From: Chlamydiales bacterium
GTDB taxonomy: Bacteria > Chlamydiota > Chlamydiia > Chlamydiales > SM23-39
NCBI GenBank assembly: GCA_028278035.1
Contig: JANQFC010000065.1
Coordinates: 91,279 to 155,278, forward strand
DNA: 64,000 bases
Direction of reading: 5' to 3'
The notes under the pieces were generated by a model, which did no database searches, had not been told where the DNA came from, and saw nothing but the letters and a program-made list of their open reading frames with translations. Position 1 is the stretch's first letter. Each line of letters starts with the position of its first letter. The position numbers and the translations under genes were made by a program. Shown one piece after another: positions 46,114 through 55,535 of the stretch.

Positions 46114-46341
46114 AATAAAAAATATTAATAAAATTTTTATTTTATAATTTTTATTGGCAATAATAACCTCCTTTCTCTAAGATAGATCTTTTGCCTGTTA
46201 ATTTAGATTTTCATCAATCGTAAGTATTTAAAAATAAGCCCCTTAAAAAAAATATCTTTTTTATAACGATGAATTTACAAAAAAACAAAAACCATTTAAA
46301 ATTAATTATAGAGCGCTAAATATAAAAATATAGGCATATTC

Positions 46342-48870
46342 ATGTTTGATAAGTTTACAAATAGAGCAAAACAGGTCATTAAACTGGCTAAAAAAGAGTC
46401 TCAAAGATTAAACCATAATTATCTAGGAACAGAACACGTTTTATTAGGCCTGTTAAAATTAGGTCAGGGAATCGCTGTTAATGTCCTTAGAAATATGAAC
46501 TTAAACTATGATACAGTTCGAAGTGAGATCGAAAGGATTGTAGGTTTCGGACCTGAAATGCAGGTATATGGAGATCCTGCCCTTACCGGCAAAGTCAAAA
46601 AAGTTTTTGAATATGCAAATGAAGAGGCCGCTAACTTAAATCATAACTACGTTGGAACGGAGCATTTACTTTTAGCCCTGCTTAGACAGACGGACGGTGT
46701 TGCTGCGCAGGTATTAGAAAATATGGGAGTAGATTTAAAAGAAGTTAGAAAAGAAGTATTAAAAGAGCTTGAGACGTTCAATTTGCAGTTGCCTCCTATG
46801 GGAGCTTCTTCTTCTTCCAATTCTTCATCACAGCAAAAACAACAGGAAAATATTGCTAACGATAAAATGCCTGCCTTAAAAGCATACGGCCATGATCTTA
46901 CGGAAATGGTAAGAGAAGGAAAAATGGACCCAGTGATCGGCAGAAAAAAAGAAATAGAAAGACTTATACTAATATTGTGCAGAAGAAGAAAAAACAACCC
47001 TGTTTTAATTGGAGAAGCGGGCGTTGGTAAAACAGCTATTGTAGAAGGCCTGGCACATGCTATTGTAAACGGCGATGTACCTGATATCTTAAGAAAGAAA
47101 AAATTAATCTCTTTAGATCTGACCTTAATGATAGCAGGAACTAAATATAGAGGTCAGTTTGAAGAAAGAATAAAAGCAGTAATGGACGAGATCAAGAAAA
47201 ACGGAAACGTTTTGTTGTTCATCGACGAACTTCATACTATCGTAGGGGCCGGAGCTGCAGAAGGGGCAATAGATGCTTCTAACATCTTAAAACCGATGCT
47301 GTCCAGAGGTGAGATACAATGTATCGGAGCCACTACTTTAGATGAGTACAGAAAGTTCATAGAAAAAGATGCGGCTTTAGAAAGAAGGTTCCAAAAGATC
47401 CAGGTAGTTCCTCCTTCAATAGAAGAGAGCGAAGCTATTTTAGAAGGACTGAAATCAAAATACGAGTCACACCATAACTGCTCTTATTCAGAATCTGCAA
47501 TTCAGGCAGCGGCTGAATTGTCCGACAGATATATATCAGGAAGATTCTTGCCAGACAAGGCTATTGATTTAATGGACGAGGCCGGAGCAAAAGCTAGAAT
47601 AGCAACTATGCATCAACCTCCTGAAATAATAAAATTTGAAACAGAAATAGAAAGTTTAAAGCTATCGAAAGAAGAGGCTATTGGAAAACAGGAATATGAA
47701 AAGGCTGCAAAATTAAGAGATACGGAAAAGCAGCTTAGAGAAAAACTTCAAACCATTAAAATGGAAAGAGAGCAAACGAAAGAAGAGCATAAGGCAATTG
47801 TAGACGAAGAAGATATCGCTCAAATAGTTGCTAAACAAACAGGAATTCCAATATCCAGACTGACTCAAACAGAGATTGAAAAAATCGTAAATATGGAAAA
47901 AGTCTTAAATACCGATGTAATCGGACAATCAGATGCTTTAAATAAAGTATGTAGGGCCATAAGGAGGTCAAGGGCTGATATTAAAGATCCAAACAGACCC
48001 ATCGGATCTTTCTTGTTCTTAGGCCCAACAGGAGTTGGTAAAACCCATCTTGCAAGACAATTAGCAATTCATCTATTCGGCGGAGAGGATGCACTAATAC
48101 AAGTGGACATGTCCGAATATATGGAAAAATTTGCAGCCAGCCGTATGACAGGCTCTCCTCCTGGATACGTTGGCCATGAAGAAGGTGGCCAATTAACAGA
48201 ACAAGTAAGACAAAGACCTTACTGCGTGGTCTTATTCGATGAAGTTGAAAAAGCACATCCGGACGTTATGAACCTGCTTCTTCAAATTATGGAAGAAGGT
48301 AAGGTAACAGACTCTTTAGGAAGAAAGATTGATTTTAAAAATACAATCATAATCATGACTTCCAATTTGGGAGCAGACCTTATCAGAAAATCTACTGAAG
48401 TAGGCTTCGGTGCAAAAGAAAACAACCTAGATGAAAAGAAAATGCAGGAAACAATCGAAGCTGCCGTAAAAAAACACTTCAAACCTGAATTCTTAAATAG
48501 ACTAGACAGCTGCGTTATCTTTAAAACGCTAGACAAACAGTCTCTAAAAAAAGTTGTAACGCTTGAGTTCAACAAACTCAAAAATAGATTAGAGAAAAAA
48601 GGTGTTGCTATCAAACTCGATGAAAAAGCAATTAACTTCTTAGTAGAAAAAGGCCATCTGCCGGAAATGGGAGCTAGACCGCTTAGAAGAACAATCGAGC
48701 AATATCTGGAAGATCCTTTAGCTGAAAAGCTTCTTTTAAACCCTGACAATAAAGTTAACTACAATATCTCGGTTGACAAAGAAAACATCATTTTCAACGA
48801 AGAAGCGATAAAAGAGCCTAAAGAAAAGGGCAAAGATAAGGATAAAGATTTAGCAAAAGCTGATAAGTAA
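46342..48870 (+). CDS. clpC: ATP-dependent Clp protease ATP-binding subunit ClpC
   Basis: 842 aa. Duplicated Clp_N repeats, Walker A 'GEAGVGKT' and 'GPTGVGKT', and a UVR-like motif '[15 protein letters not shown]'. Confidence 0.95.
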   Translation: MFDKFTNRAKQVIKLAKKESQRLNHNYLGTEHVLLGLLKLGQGIAVNVLRNMNLNYDTVRSEIERIVGFGPEMQVYGDPALTGKVKKVFEYANEEAANLNHNYVGTEHLLLALLRQTDGVAAQVLENMGVDLKEVRKEVLKELETFNLQLPPMGASSSSNSSSQQKQQENIANDKMPALKAYGHDLTEMVREGKMDPVIGRKKEIERLILILCRRRKNNPVLIGEAGVGKTAIVEGLAHAIVNGDVPDILRKKKLISLDLTLMIAGTKYRGQFEERIKAVMDEIKKNGNVLLFIDELHTIVGAGAAEGAIDASNILKPMLSRGEIQCIGATTLDEYRKFIEKDAALERRFQKIQVVPPSIEESEAILEGLKSKYESHHNCSYSESAIQAAAELSDRYISGRFLPDKAIDLMDEAGAKARIATMHQPPEIIKFETEIESLKLSKEEAIGKQEYEKAAKLRDTEKQLREKLQTIKMEREQTKEEHKAIVDEEDIAQIVAKQTGIPISRLTQTEIEKIVNMEKVLNTDVIGQSDALNKVCRAIRRSRADIKDPNRPIGSFLFLGPTGVGKTHLARQLAIHLFGGEDALIQVDMSEYMEKFAASRMTGSPPGYVGHEEGGQLTEQVRQRPYCVVLFDEVEKAHPDVMNLLLQIMEEGKVTDSLGRKIDFKNTIIIMTSNLGADLIRKSTEVGFGAKENNLDEKKMQETIEAAVKKHFKPEFLNRLDSCVIFKTLDKQSLKKVVTLEFNKLKNRLEKKGVAIKLDEKAINFLVEKGHLPEMGARPLRRTIEQYLEDPLAEKLLLNPDNKVNYNISVDKENIIFNEEAIKEPKEKGKDKDKDLAKADK

Positions 48871-48881
48871 TCAGCTTTTGC
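48853..48881. terminator. Hairpin spanning the clpC stop codon, between convergent genes
   Basis: GCAAAAGCTGA-TAAGTAA-TCAGCTTTTGC, an 11-bp perfect stem, followed by AGTTATTTTTATTT. Confidence 0.55.
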
Positions 48882-48893
48882 AGTTATTTTTAT

Positions 48894-49481
48894 TTAGAAA
48901 CCAAGCCCAAGACTGAATTCAAAAGAAGGCTTATAAACATCTCTATTATGTCCTCTTTCATGAAATGCCAAAGGAGTTGGCATGTTAAGACCAGCCTGCG
49001 CATAACTTTGAAGATTATTACTAACGTTATAATAATATCCTACACTCCCGTTCGCAGCAATACCCGTATAGTTCACATCTTTTTTTTGTTTATCTTTCCT
49101 CCAATTATTCGTATATATCCCATACACACTTCCGCCGACACCAACATAAGCACCCTTTTTGTGTAAAGAGGTAATTGGAGTGAAGAAAAAGTCACATAAA
49201 ACCTTTGGCATGGTAAAAACAATTGCATTTCTATCATCTTTTTCTGTAGCAGAAAAAGAGGAAGAAATATCAATTCCTACATTATTTTCACGGTAAAGCC
49301 ATCCTATACAACCTGACGGCGCTACCATATATCCGCCGGTATGCGGAAGGCTGGCAGCTCCCATTCTTATGTACTTGGTCTTATATTTACTTTGTTCATT
49401 TTGATCTAAATCAGCTGAAGGCTTTGCAAAACCTATTGATGCAAAAGCCAAGACTACCAGAGTTTTCATTAAACATTTCAT
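48894..49481 (-). CDS. Small outer-membrane beta-barrel protein
   Basis: Signal peptide (MKCLMKTLVVLAFASIGFA), alternating Gly/aromatic beta-strand pattern, and a C-terminal 'FEFSLGLGF' ending in Phe. Confidence 0.55.
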   Translation of the reverse strand: MKCLMKTLVVLAFASIGFAKPSADLDQNEQSKYKTKYIRMGAASLPHTGGYMVAPSGCIGWLYRENNVGIDISSSFSATEKDDRNAIVFTMPKVLCDFFFTPITSLHKKGAYVGVGGSVYGIYTNNWRKDKQKKDVNYTGIAANGSVGYYYNVSNNLQSYAQAGLNMPTPLAFHERGHNRDVYKPSFEFSLGLGF

Positions 49482-49616
49482 AATTATTAATCCTTCACTG
49501 AAATCATAAAATGTTAAAGTTTACTCTAATTTAATATTACTTCAATAATTAAAATCGTTTTTAATAATATTAAATATTTAAATATTTACAAAATAAACTA
49601 ATCAAACCCTTAAAAT

Positions 49617-49877
49617 CTAAGCGGTCTCTTTAGATTCTAATGCTTTCTTGGTTTCTTTGCCCCAATTGATCCATCCAAATAGAGCCAGCCCAAAATAAAC
49701 ACTAAAAAGAGCTGCCTGCGGATAAGATTTGATATAAAGGTTATTAACCACAAAAACCAAGTTTGTAATCATCCATAAAACAAAGCCAAAACGAATTCTT
49801 TTGGCATTTAAAAATGTTCCGGCTATAGCTACTGCTGTATTAAGCCAAATTAAGAGATCTATCCCTTTCATAAACAC
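49617..49877 (-). CDS. PnuC-like three-helix membrane protein (half-size)
   Basis: 86 aa, 3 TM. 'FLNAKRIRFGFVLWMITNLVF...AALFSVYFGLALFGWINW' parallels the first three-helix bundle of PnuC, including the terminal GWxxW. Overlaps the upstream kinase-like gene by 32-38 nt. Confidence 0.45.
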   Translation of the reverse strand: MFMKGIDLLIWLNTAVAIAGTFLNAKRIRFGFVLWMITNLVFVVNNLYIKSYPQAALFSVYFGLALFGWINWGKETKKALESKETA

Positions 49878-50442
49878 TCCTGTTGATTTCTTCTAATAAT
49901 TTTTGACATTCATTCTCATCAAAAATCTGATTAGATTCTGTTTTAACAATTTTTATTTTATCTTCGAATTTTTTTTCTATTTGATCTACTAATACTCTAA
50001 AGTCATCTCTAATAGCTTTCTGATAGCTTGTATCAGTAGCCCTAGTGCCGTCTGCTGTCAGAGCAAAACCTTCTGTAGGCTCTAGATAAATTAAGGTATT
50101 ATATTGTTTTATCCATTCCAGACAAAACAATTCTAAAGATCTGGTATAACTATTGTCCCTTTGCAGATGATTTAAATATATAAATGCATCCGAAGGCGTT
50201 CTGTCGGAAATAGCAATCTCAAAACCTTCGGCCTCCGCCTTTAGTTCTTTTTGAACTTGGGATGTCACAACAAATAAAGTTGTTTGATAAACAACATCCG
50301 TATTAATCGGAAAAGGGCTTTGTCTTGCCGTTTCATGAATAACAGTAACGTTTTTATCATTCATTTTAAAATAAGCCGCCAATTTATAAACTAAAGTCGT
50401 TTTAGCAGCTCCATGAGTTCCAAAAATTGCAATTCTTTTCAT
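49840..50442 (-). CDS. P-loop ATPase/kinase, NadR ribosylnicotinamide-kinase-like (AAA_28-like)
   Basis: 200 aa. 'MKRIAIFGTHGAAKTTLVYKLA' is a Walker A variant, GxxGxAKT. Size and layout resemble the NadR C-terminal kinase domain. By-eye call. Confidence 0.45.
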   Translation of the reverse strand: MKRIAIFGTHGAAKTTLVYKLAAYFKMNDKNVTVIHETARQSPFPINTDVVYQTTLFVVTSQVQKELKAEAEGFEIAISDRTPSDAFIYLNHLQRDNSYTRSLELFCLEWIKQYNTLIYLEPTEGFALTADGTRATDTSYQKAIRDDFRVLVDQIEKKFEDKIKIVKTESNQIFDENECQKLLEEINRSVYERDRSLNLA

Positions 50443-50649
50443 TATAACTCCTAAATTTTTAACATTAATATATATATAATTTAAGAGTATTGCCGCTATA
50501 ATTTTTTAAATATTTACAAAAACTTAAACTATTTATGGAAAGGATTAAAAAAGATCCGGGTTTGTTTTATTTAATAAATAATTACTCTTTACAAAAAAAA
50601 TCACCTATCATTAGCCTACTTTAATTAATCTTTTTAAGGAGTAATAAAT

Positions 50650-51210
50650 ATGACAACTCCAGCAGCTCAATTAGGATTTAATTTAGGTAGATCCCTAGAA
50701 ACTATATTAGCTACGATAGGAGGGGGTGTCGTAGGAGAATTGGTAGGAGGTCCTTTAGCTTGTTTCTCTGCAATAGGCACAGGATTTTCTATCATAAATC
50801 AAAGATGGGAAAACGCTGAAGAAAGAGCTTTTCAAAAAAGAGAAAGTAATAAATCCGATCTAATTTTAGAAAACAGCAAAAAAAATAGAGAAATTACTGA
50901 AAAAACTTTTTGGTTATCATGTAGAATTATATCTTATTCAAGCATAGTAATCGGTTCAATAATATCTTATTGTAATTTTGATATTAATAAAAAATTTTTT
51001 TGCAACATAGATACTCATTCTTTTGATTGTAGTAAATATTTTTATCTAAATGCTGTTTCTATAATCTCCGCTTTCACTTTTTCCGTTATAGGTTTGTTTG
51101 ACATAAAAATTACTAAACAACAAAGGCAAAATTATGAGTGCAATCCCTTTTCCTTGTTTAATTCCAGCAAGATATCAACAGCAATTAGAAACTTTAGAAA
51201 AAGAATCTAA
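50650..51210 (+). CDS. Membrane protein carrying POT/PTR2 N-half-like motifs (TM3/4 to TM6); possible gene fragment
   Basis: Strong SD (AAGGAG). 'FSAIGTGFSII' resembles the POT TM4 'A(L/I)GTGGIKP' with Lys-Pro lost. 'YSSIVIGSIIS' resembles the TM5 'FYxxINxGS'. No ExxERFxYY motif. Confidence 0.35.
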   Translation: MTTPAAQLGFNLGRSLETILATIGGGVVGELVGGPLACFSAIGTGFSIINQRWENAEERAFQKRESNKSDLILENSKKNREITEKTFWLSCRIISYSSIVIGSIISYCNFDINKKFFCNIDTHSFDCSKYFYLNAVSIISAFTFSVIGLFDIKITKQQRQNYECNPFSLFNSSKISTAIRNFRKRI

Positions 51211-51433
51211 TGAAGCCAAAAAAGAGATAAAATCACTTCAAGCAAAACGTCTACAAATACATAAACAAGATTATCTTGCAGTTAAAGTTAATTTTGTTGT
51301 TTTAATGGCGCTTGCATTAATCAAATTTTCTCCTTTTGGATCATTTATATCTAATGAATGCACAACCACACTAATGATATTATCCATAGCTTTTACTAAA
51401 CCAATTATAAACTTTTTTAAACCCCTAAAATAG
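51134..51433 (+). CDS. Small 2-TM ORF overlapping the previous ORF by 77 nt in another frame (fragment or independent membrane protein)
   Basis: ORF only. Coiled N-part, then two hydrophobic helices. The frame differs from both the upstream and downstream ORFs. Confidence 0.25.
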   Translation: MSAIPFPCLIPARYQQQLETLEKESNEAKKEIKSLQAKRLQIHKQDYLAVKVNFVVLMALALIKFSPFGSFISNECTTTLMILSIAFTKPIINFFKPLK

Positions 51434-51441
51434 ATATATTT

Positions 51442-51726
51442 ATGATTACTAATGCATGTGAAGGAGCTATTGATAAAATAGCTTGTATAGCTGCTGTAAA
51501 TGCAGCGCAAGACTCTCAAAATTACCACATTAAATTAATTACTATCAGTTGTTTTTCATTAATCGGTTTAATTAGTTATTTAACATTCAAAAAACAACCA
51601 GATACTCACGTTCATAAAAAAGAAATTCACTGCGTACCCGAGCCGACTTGGAAAAAAGTCGTGGATGCAGGATTAACTGGCTTTACTTTTGGGGCATGTG
51701 CTTATACAAAACGCAATTTTTGTTAA
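51442..51726 (+). CDS. Small membrane ORF (fragment or independent protein)
   Basis: Starts 8 nt after the previous stop. One clear TM ('IKLITISCFSLIGLISYLTF'). Overlaps the next ORF by 38 nt. Confidence 0.25.
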   Translation: MITNACEGAIDKIACIAAVNAAQDSQNYHIKLITISCFSLIGLISYLTFKKQPDTHVHKKEIHCVPEPTWKKVVDAGLTGFTFGACAYTKRNFC

Positions 51727-52468
51727 TAAAATAATATTATTCATAGGAATTGTAATATTTTGCTCCCTCCTATTTTATGCATTGAATCAAAAAGATAAAA
51801 AATTCCAAAAACATCTATGGGCATTTTTTATATTTTTGATAATATCCTTAATTTTTTGGACCATATATCTTTTAGTCCCTATGGGACTTACTTTATTTAC
51901 TGAAAACAATATAAACAGAAAAATTGATAATTTTATCATTCCTCCCCAATGGATAATGAACGTTATTTCCTTTGCAATAATAATAGCAGCTCCCATGTTA
52001 GCTTCTTTTTTCAAAAACTTAAGACAAAAAGGCTTTAAAATAACAATAGCCAAACAGTTTACTGCATCTTTATATTTTATCGGGTTTGGTCTGCTTATCT
52101 TGCCTATCGGCATTAAACTTGCAGATAAGATGGGTTATGTTAATCTTGGTTTCATCATAACAAGTTATGTCTTTCAGGGATTAGGAGAGGTATTAATGGC
52201 TCCTATAGGTTTTGCTATGATAGGACAAATAATACCTAGAAGCCTTCATAGCATAATGATGGGAATATGGCTGATAATAGTTGGAATTGGCGCAGTTTTC
52301 GCCGATTTATTTTCCAAATATGCTATTGACATGACTAAAAGCAGTAGTCCAATAATTACAAACCCCCAGTATTTTAAAAGCTTTTTAACATTATCAATAA
52401 TAGCGATCAGCGCTGCTATTATTTTAAGCATTTTTATGAAATGGATTAACAGGTTAGTTAAAGAATGA
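51689..52468 (+). pseudogene. POT/PTR2 (proton-dependent oligopeptide transporter) C-terminal half only (TM7-12)
   Basis: 'IFWTIYLLVP', 'PPQWIMNVISFAIIIAAP' and 'GLGEVLMAPIGFAMIGQIIPRSLHSIMMGIW' match the POT C-bundle motifs (FWxxxxQ, QxxNPxxI, GExxxSPxGxSxxxxxxPxxxxxxxMGxW). About 250 N-terminal residues are missing from this frame. Confidence 0.55.
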
Positions 52469-52579
52469 TAACTAACTTTCTAACTATTTACAGACGAACT
52501 AATCATCAAGTGAATAAGCTCTGAATTTTCTTAATATGTTCAGAAAAAAATCTGAAATAACAAAAAACAAACATCTTAA

Positions 52580-52987
52580 TTAAAAAACGCATTTTACTAC
52601 TCTTGAAATATTTTGATTTTTTATCTCTGATTTTGGAACCCAAACAGCACCTTTAGAATCTTCTATTTGAATATCACTTTGAAAGTTTGCAGCATCAAAC
52701 CCAGTGATCTGATAAATTAAAACTGTATGATGTAATAAGATATTATCACCATTTTCTTTGTATTCTACGACAAATGCCTCATTATGAAGCGCTGTTGCCG
52801 AAAAAATTTTCACTCTTGTTTCTTCAAATATTTCTCTTTTTAAAGTTTGAAAAATTGTCTCTCCATGCTCAGGTTTGCCACCAGGAAAATCGAGTTGTGA
52901 AATATATGGTCCCCTAGATTTTTTAATAAATAAAATTTCATTATTCTGTTTTACTATTCCATAAATCCCTAAATGAAATTTTTTCAT
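52580..52987 (-). CDS. NUDIX hydrolase
   Basis: Nudix box 'GGKPEHGETIFQTLKREIFEETRV' (Gx5Ex7REUxEExGU). Confidence 0.85.
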   Translation of the reverse strand: MKKFHLGIYGIVKQNNEILFIKKSRGPYISQLDFPGGKPEHGETIFQTLKREIFEETRVKIFSATALHNEAFVVEYKENGDNILLHHTVLIYQITGFDAANFQSDIQIEDSKGAVWVPKSEIKNQNISRVVKCVF

Positions 52988-53076
52988 AATTAAAATAAAA
53001 ATTTAAAATTTCAATAAAAGTAATCAATTTCATTTTTTTGCCTCAATAAAAACCTCTAAAAATATTTGAAGTAAAA

Positions 53077-53610
53077 CTAACGCAAATCAGCCCCCCAGGC
53101 CAATTCAATATCACCACTCCATTTATTATAATAAAAACTTGTATCTCTATTAAACTTTTCTCTATACTGCCTTCTAGTATAGTGATCAAATACATTATTA
53201 AAACCATTTCTAAAAACATTATCATCCCATATCCATCTTATCGGTGTTTTAGTAGGTTTGATCATACAAAAAATATGAACAGATAATTTATAAAAACGAT
53301 TTTGCACAAAGCATATAATTCTAGTTATTATATTACTTTTTATTACTTGTTCATCACTAGCCTCATATATTTTATTGATATTAAGAACTGTTTGCTTACC
53401 TATATCTCTTTCACTTGGTGTATATTCAAAACCTTTAGCTTTTACTAATTCCATCAATCTACCTGCTAAAAAATCTATTGACCCTATATCTTTGAACCCA
53501 ATAACTTGAATACTTCTAACACCCCAAAAGGAAAGAACAGGATTTGCTTTAGATGCAATATTATGTAATTCATCGAAGTTTGCATTTTTGATAGCAGTTT
53601 CAATTTTCAT
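53077..53610 (-). CDS. Hypothetical protein (177 aa)
   Basis: ORF only. Trp/Tyr/Arg-rich C-terminus ('RWIWDDNVFRNGFNNVFDHYTRRQYREKF'). No motif recognised. Confidence 0.45.
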   Translation of the reverse strand: MKIETAIKNANFDELHNIASKANPVLSFWGVRSIQVIGFKDIGSIDFLAGRLMELVKAKGFEYTPSERDIGKQTVLNINKIYEASDEQVIKSNIITRIICFVQNRFYKLSVHIFCMIKPTKTPIRWIWDDNVFRNGFNNVFDHYTRRQYREKFNRDTSFYYNKWSGDIELAWGADLR

Positions 53611-53735
53611 TTTATTCTCCTGTTAATATTAGTTCTTATACTTCATTAATTCTTGATGACCCTTTATCTAGACAAATAGTTAATCTTAATGATTGTTTGG
53701 AATCAAAGCTATTTTTTTTAATAAAAAATTTCTAA

Positions 53736-54491
53736 CTACTTACGAACAGCTTCTAAACCAGGCACGCTCAGAGTGGCTTCCCAATTTTTAATATAATTTA
53801 ACAAATGAGCTTTTCCGGGATGCTGATTAATAAACTCCAAAGACTCCTTATGCCTTGTCAAATGAGCAATCTTGGCCAAAAGATGTAAATGACGTTTATC
53901 TTCACAGGCAAACAAGAAAAATAAGGTCTTTACTTTCTGAGCGTCTAAAGCGCCGTATTCAATAGGCTTGTTCAAATAAACGACCGTTACAATATTGTAA
54001 GATTTAGGAAGAAGAAAATCTCTTGTGTGAGGAACGGCTATTCCATGGTTCAAAGCCGTCGGCATGAGATTTTCCCTGTCCAGTAAAAGATCCGTTAAAA
54101 CACCTGCATCTAAAGAAAGATTCTTGGCTATTATTTTAACTGATTCTTTTATAACGGCCTCTTTTGTCTTGCCTTTGACATTATTTATCACACCACCTTT
54201 ATAAACAGCCCTAAATAAAGAATAGGCCTGAGTACCGATCTGCCTAGACAACAATTTTTTCGCTTTTTCGCTTTTCAAGCTAAGCATATTGTTGTTGTCT
54301 GAAAATGGATTAAACCCGTCTTTGTTCTTGCCCATTTTACAGGATAACACCCAGTCCTCGATCTCGTTCCTGCTGAAGCGGAACTGATGATTCAACCTAT
54401 AAGCCGGTATTTTTCCTTCTGCAAGCCATCTTCTAATTGTAGTTTCAGATACATTTAAAAGTTCAGATACGTCTTTAATTTTCAGATCCAT
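53736..54491 (-). CDS. MerR/excisionase-type HTH fused to a PTS EIIA (fructose/nitrogen type) domain
   Basis: Start placed at the ATG at 54491. 'MDLKIKDVSELLNVSETTIRRWLAEGKIPAYRLNHQFRFSRNEIEDWV' is an HTH_17-like domain. 'GIAVPHTRD' is the EIIA active-site His context. Confidence 0.8.
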   Translation of the reverse strand: MDLKIKDVSELLNVSETTIRRWLAEGKIPAYRLNHQFRFSRNEIEDWVLSCKMGKNKDGFNPFSDNNNMLSLKSEKAKKLLSRQIGTQAYSLFRAVYKGGVINNVKGKTKEAVIKESVKIIAKNLSLDAGVLTDLLLDRENLMPTALNHGIAVPHTRDFLLPKSYNIVTVVYLNKPIEYGALDAQKVKTLFFLFACEDKRHLHLLAKIAHLTRHKESLEFINQHPGKAHLLNYIKNWEATLSVPGLEAVRK

Positions 54492-54588
54492 ACAAAAGGC
54501 CTCCGGGCTAATGATAAATAACCATAAAGTTTTATTATTACAAAAAAAGAAAAAGAGTGAAATCTTTTTTTTGAAATTACTAATACAA

Positions 54589-55113
54589 TTAAAAGCGGTT
54601 AAATAATTTAGCAATAGCTTGCGTATTATCTAAACGAAGTAGAGATTTTCTTAAATATTCGTCTTTAATTGCTGCGGTTAATTTAGATAAAAGTTGAAGA
54701 TATTCGTTTTGTCTGGTCTCCGGTCCACCGATTAAAAATATAATTCTCACGGGGAATTTATCAATTGACTTCCAGTCAATTGGATTGAACCTTTGAATTC
54801 CAATGCTAATAAAAAAATCATCAAAGCTTTTTAATTTGGCATGAGGAATGGCAACCCCCATTCCAATACCGGTAGATACTATCTTCTCTCTTTCTAAAAT
54901 AGCTTTATAAAACGCTTTTTTATCTTTAAGCGTACCATTTCTTTCCAAAAGGTTAATAAGCTCTAAAATAGCATCATTTCTATTTTTAGACTTTAAAAAA
55001 CCAATAGACCTGAAGTTCACATAATCTGAAATTGATAAAGCCCTTTTTTTTCTAAAGCGATCTAAAAGATCACTTATTCCGGTAGCTTTTTTAATTCGTT
55101 CCAGTATGGCCAA
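54589..55113 (-). CDS. ptsN: PTS EIIA-Ntr-like protein (PtsN)
   Basis: 174 aa. 'STGIGMGVAIPHAK' active-site His motif. Confidence 0.8.
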   Translation of the reverse strand: MAILERIKKATGISDLLDRFRKKRALSISDYVNFRSIGFLKSKNRNDAILELINLLERNGTLKDKKAFYKAILEREKIVSTGIGMGVAIPHAKLKSFDDFFISIGIQRFNPIDWKSIDKFPVRIIFLIGGPETRQNEYLQLLSKLTAAIKDEYLRKSLLRLDNTQAIAKLFNRF

Positions 55114-55534
55114 AACCGCCCTCCCCTCTAGCAGAACCCGCTAAAGTCTTTTTTATAATAAACTCAGCATTGTATACAGGAGCTAAAATTATTTGTCCAA
55201 TCCTCATTTTTGGTTTTATAAAAAAAGATGTTTTAGAATGGTTGATCAAAATAACTTTTATCTCTCCTCTATAATCAGAGTCTATTGTTCCGGGAGTGTT
55301 TAGAACCGTTATTTGATTTTTATAGGCAAGCCCGCTCCTTGGCCTTATCTGCACTTCAAACCCTTTAGGGATTTCAAGAAAAATACCGCTCGGCACCAGG
55401 GCGCTTGTGCCCGGTTTGATCTCTAAATCAGCTGTTATATTTGCTTTTAGATCCGCTCCTGCGGCATAAGGAGTCTCATAAGACGGTATTAATTCCTCAT
55501 CGTCGGTCTTTATTAAAACTTTCACTTTGTTCAT
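55091..55534 (-). CDS. dut: dUTP diphosphatase
   Basis: 'YAAGADL', 'RPRSGL' and 'GTIDSDYRGE' motifs; 147 aa. Confidence 0.92.
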   Translation of the reverse strand: MNKVKVLIKTDDEELIPSYETPYAAGADLKANITADLEIKPGTSALVPSGIFLEIPKGFEVQIRPRSGLAYKNQITVLNTPGTIDSDYRGEIKVILINHSKTSFFIKPKMRIGQIILAPVYNAEFIIKKTLAGSARGEGGFGHTGTN

Positions 55535-55535
55535 A

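Noticed and set aside
46647-46997. 116-aa ORF antisense to clpC (also 47981-48256 and 48282-48749)
   Set aside because: All three are embedded opposite clpC and are shadow ORFs with no start context.
47046-47062. TGGCAC-N5-ATTG, a sigma-54-like -24/-12 string
   Set aside because: It lies inside clpC, the -12 element does not match TTGC, and no downstream gene start exists.
49583-50518. Shared 14-mer AAATATTTACAAAA at about 49587 and about 50505, upstream of the OMP gene and the kinase-like operon
   Set aside because: It is a pure A/T-rich word compatible with a -35-like TTGTAA on the minus strand. It is too low in information to call a specific regulatory motif.
50650-51726. Interpretation of the three small membrane ORFs as inclusion-membrane (Inc) proteins
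   Set aside because: The hydrophobic segments are not the classic 40-60-aa bilobed domain. The alternating-frame overlaps and POT-like motifs make gene fragmentation at least as likely. I kept this only as an alternative in the corresponding finding.
53736-54614. Longest-ORF start (54614) for the HTH-EIIA gene, adding 41 N-terminal residues
   Set aside because: The extension (MLNYLTAFNCISNFKKKISLFFFF…) is low-complexity and would overlap ptsN. The HTH domain begins cleanly at the ATG at 54491 (MDLKIKDV…).
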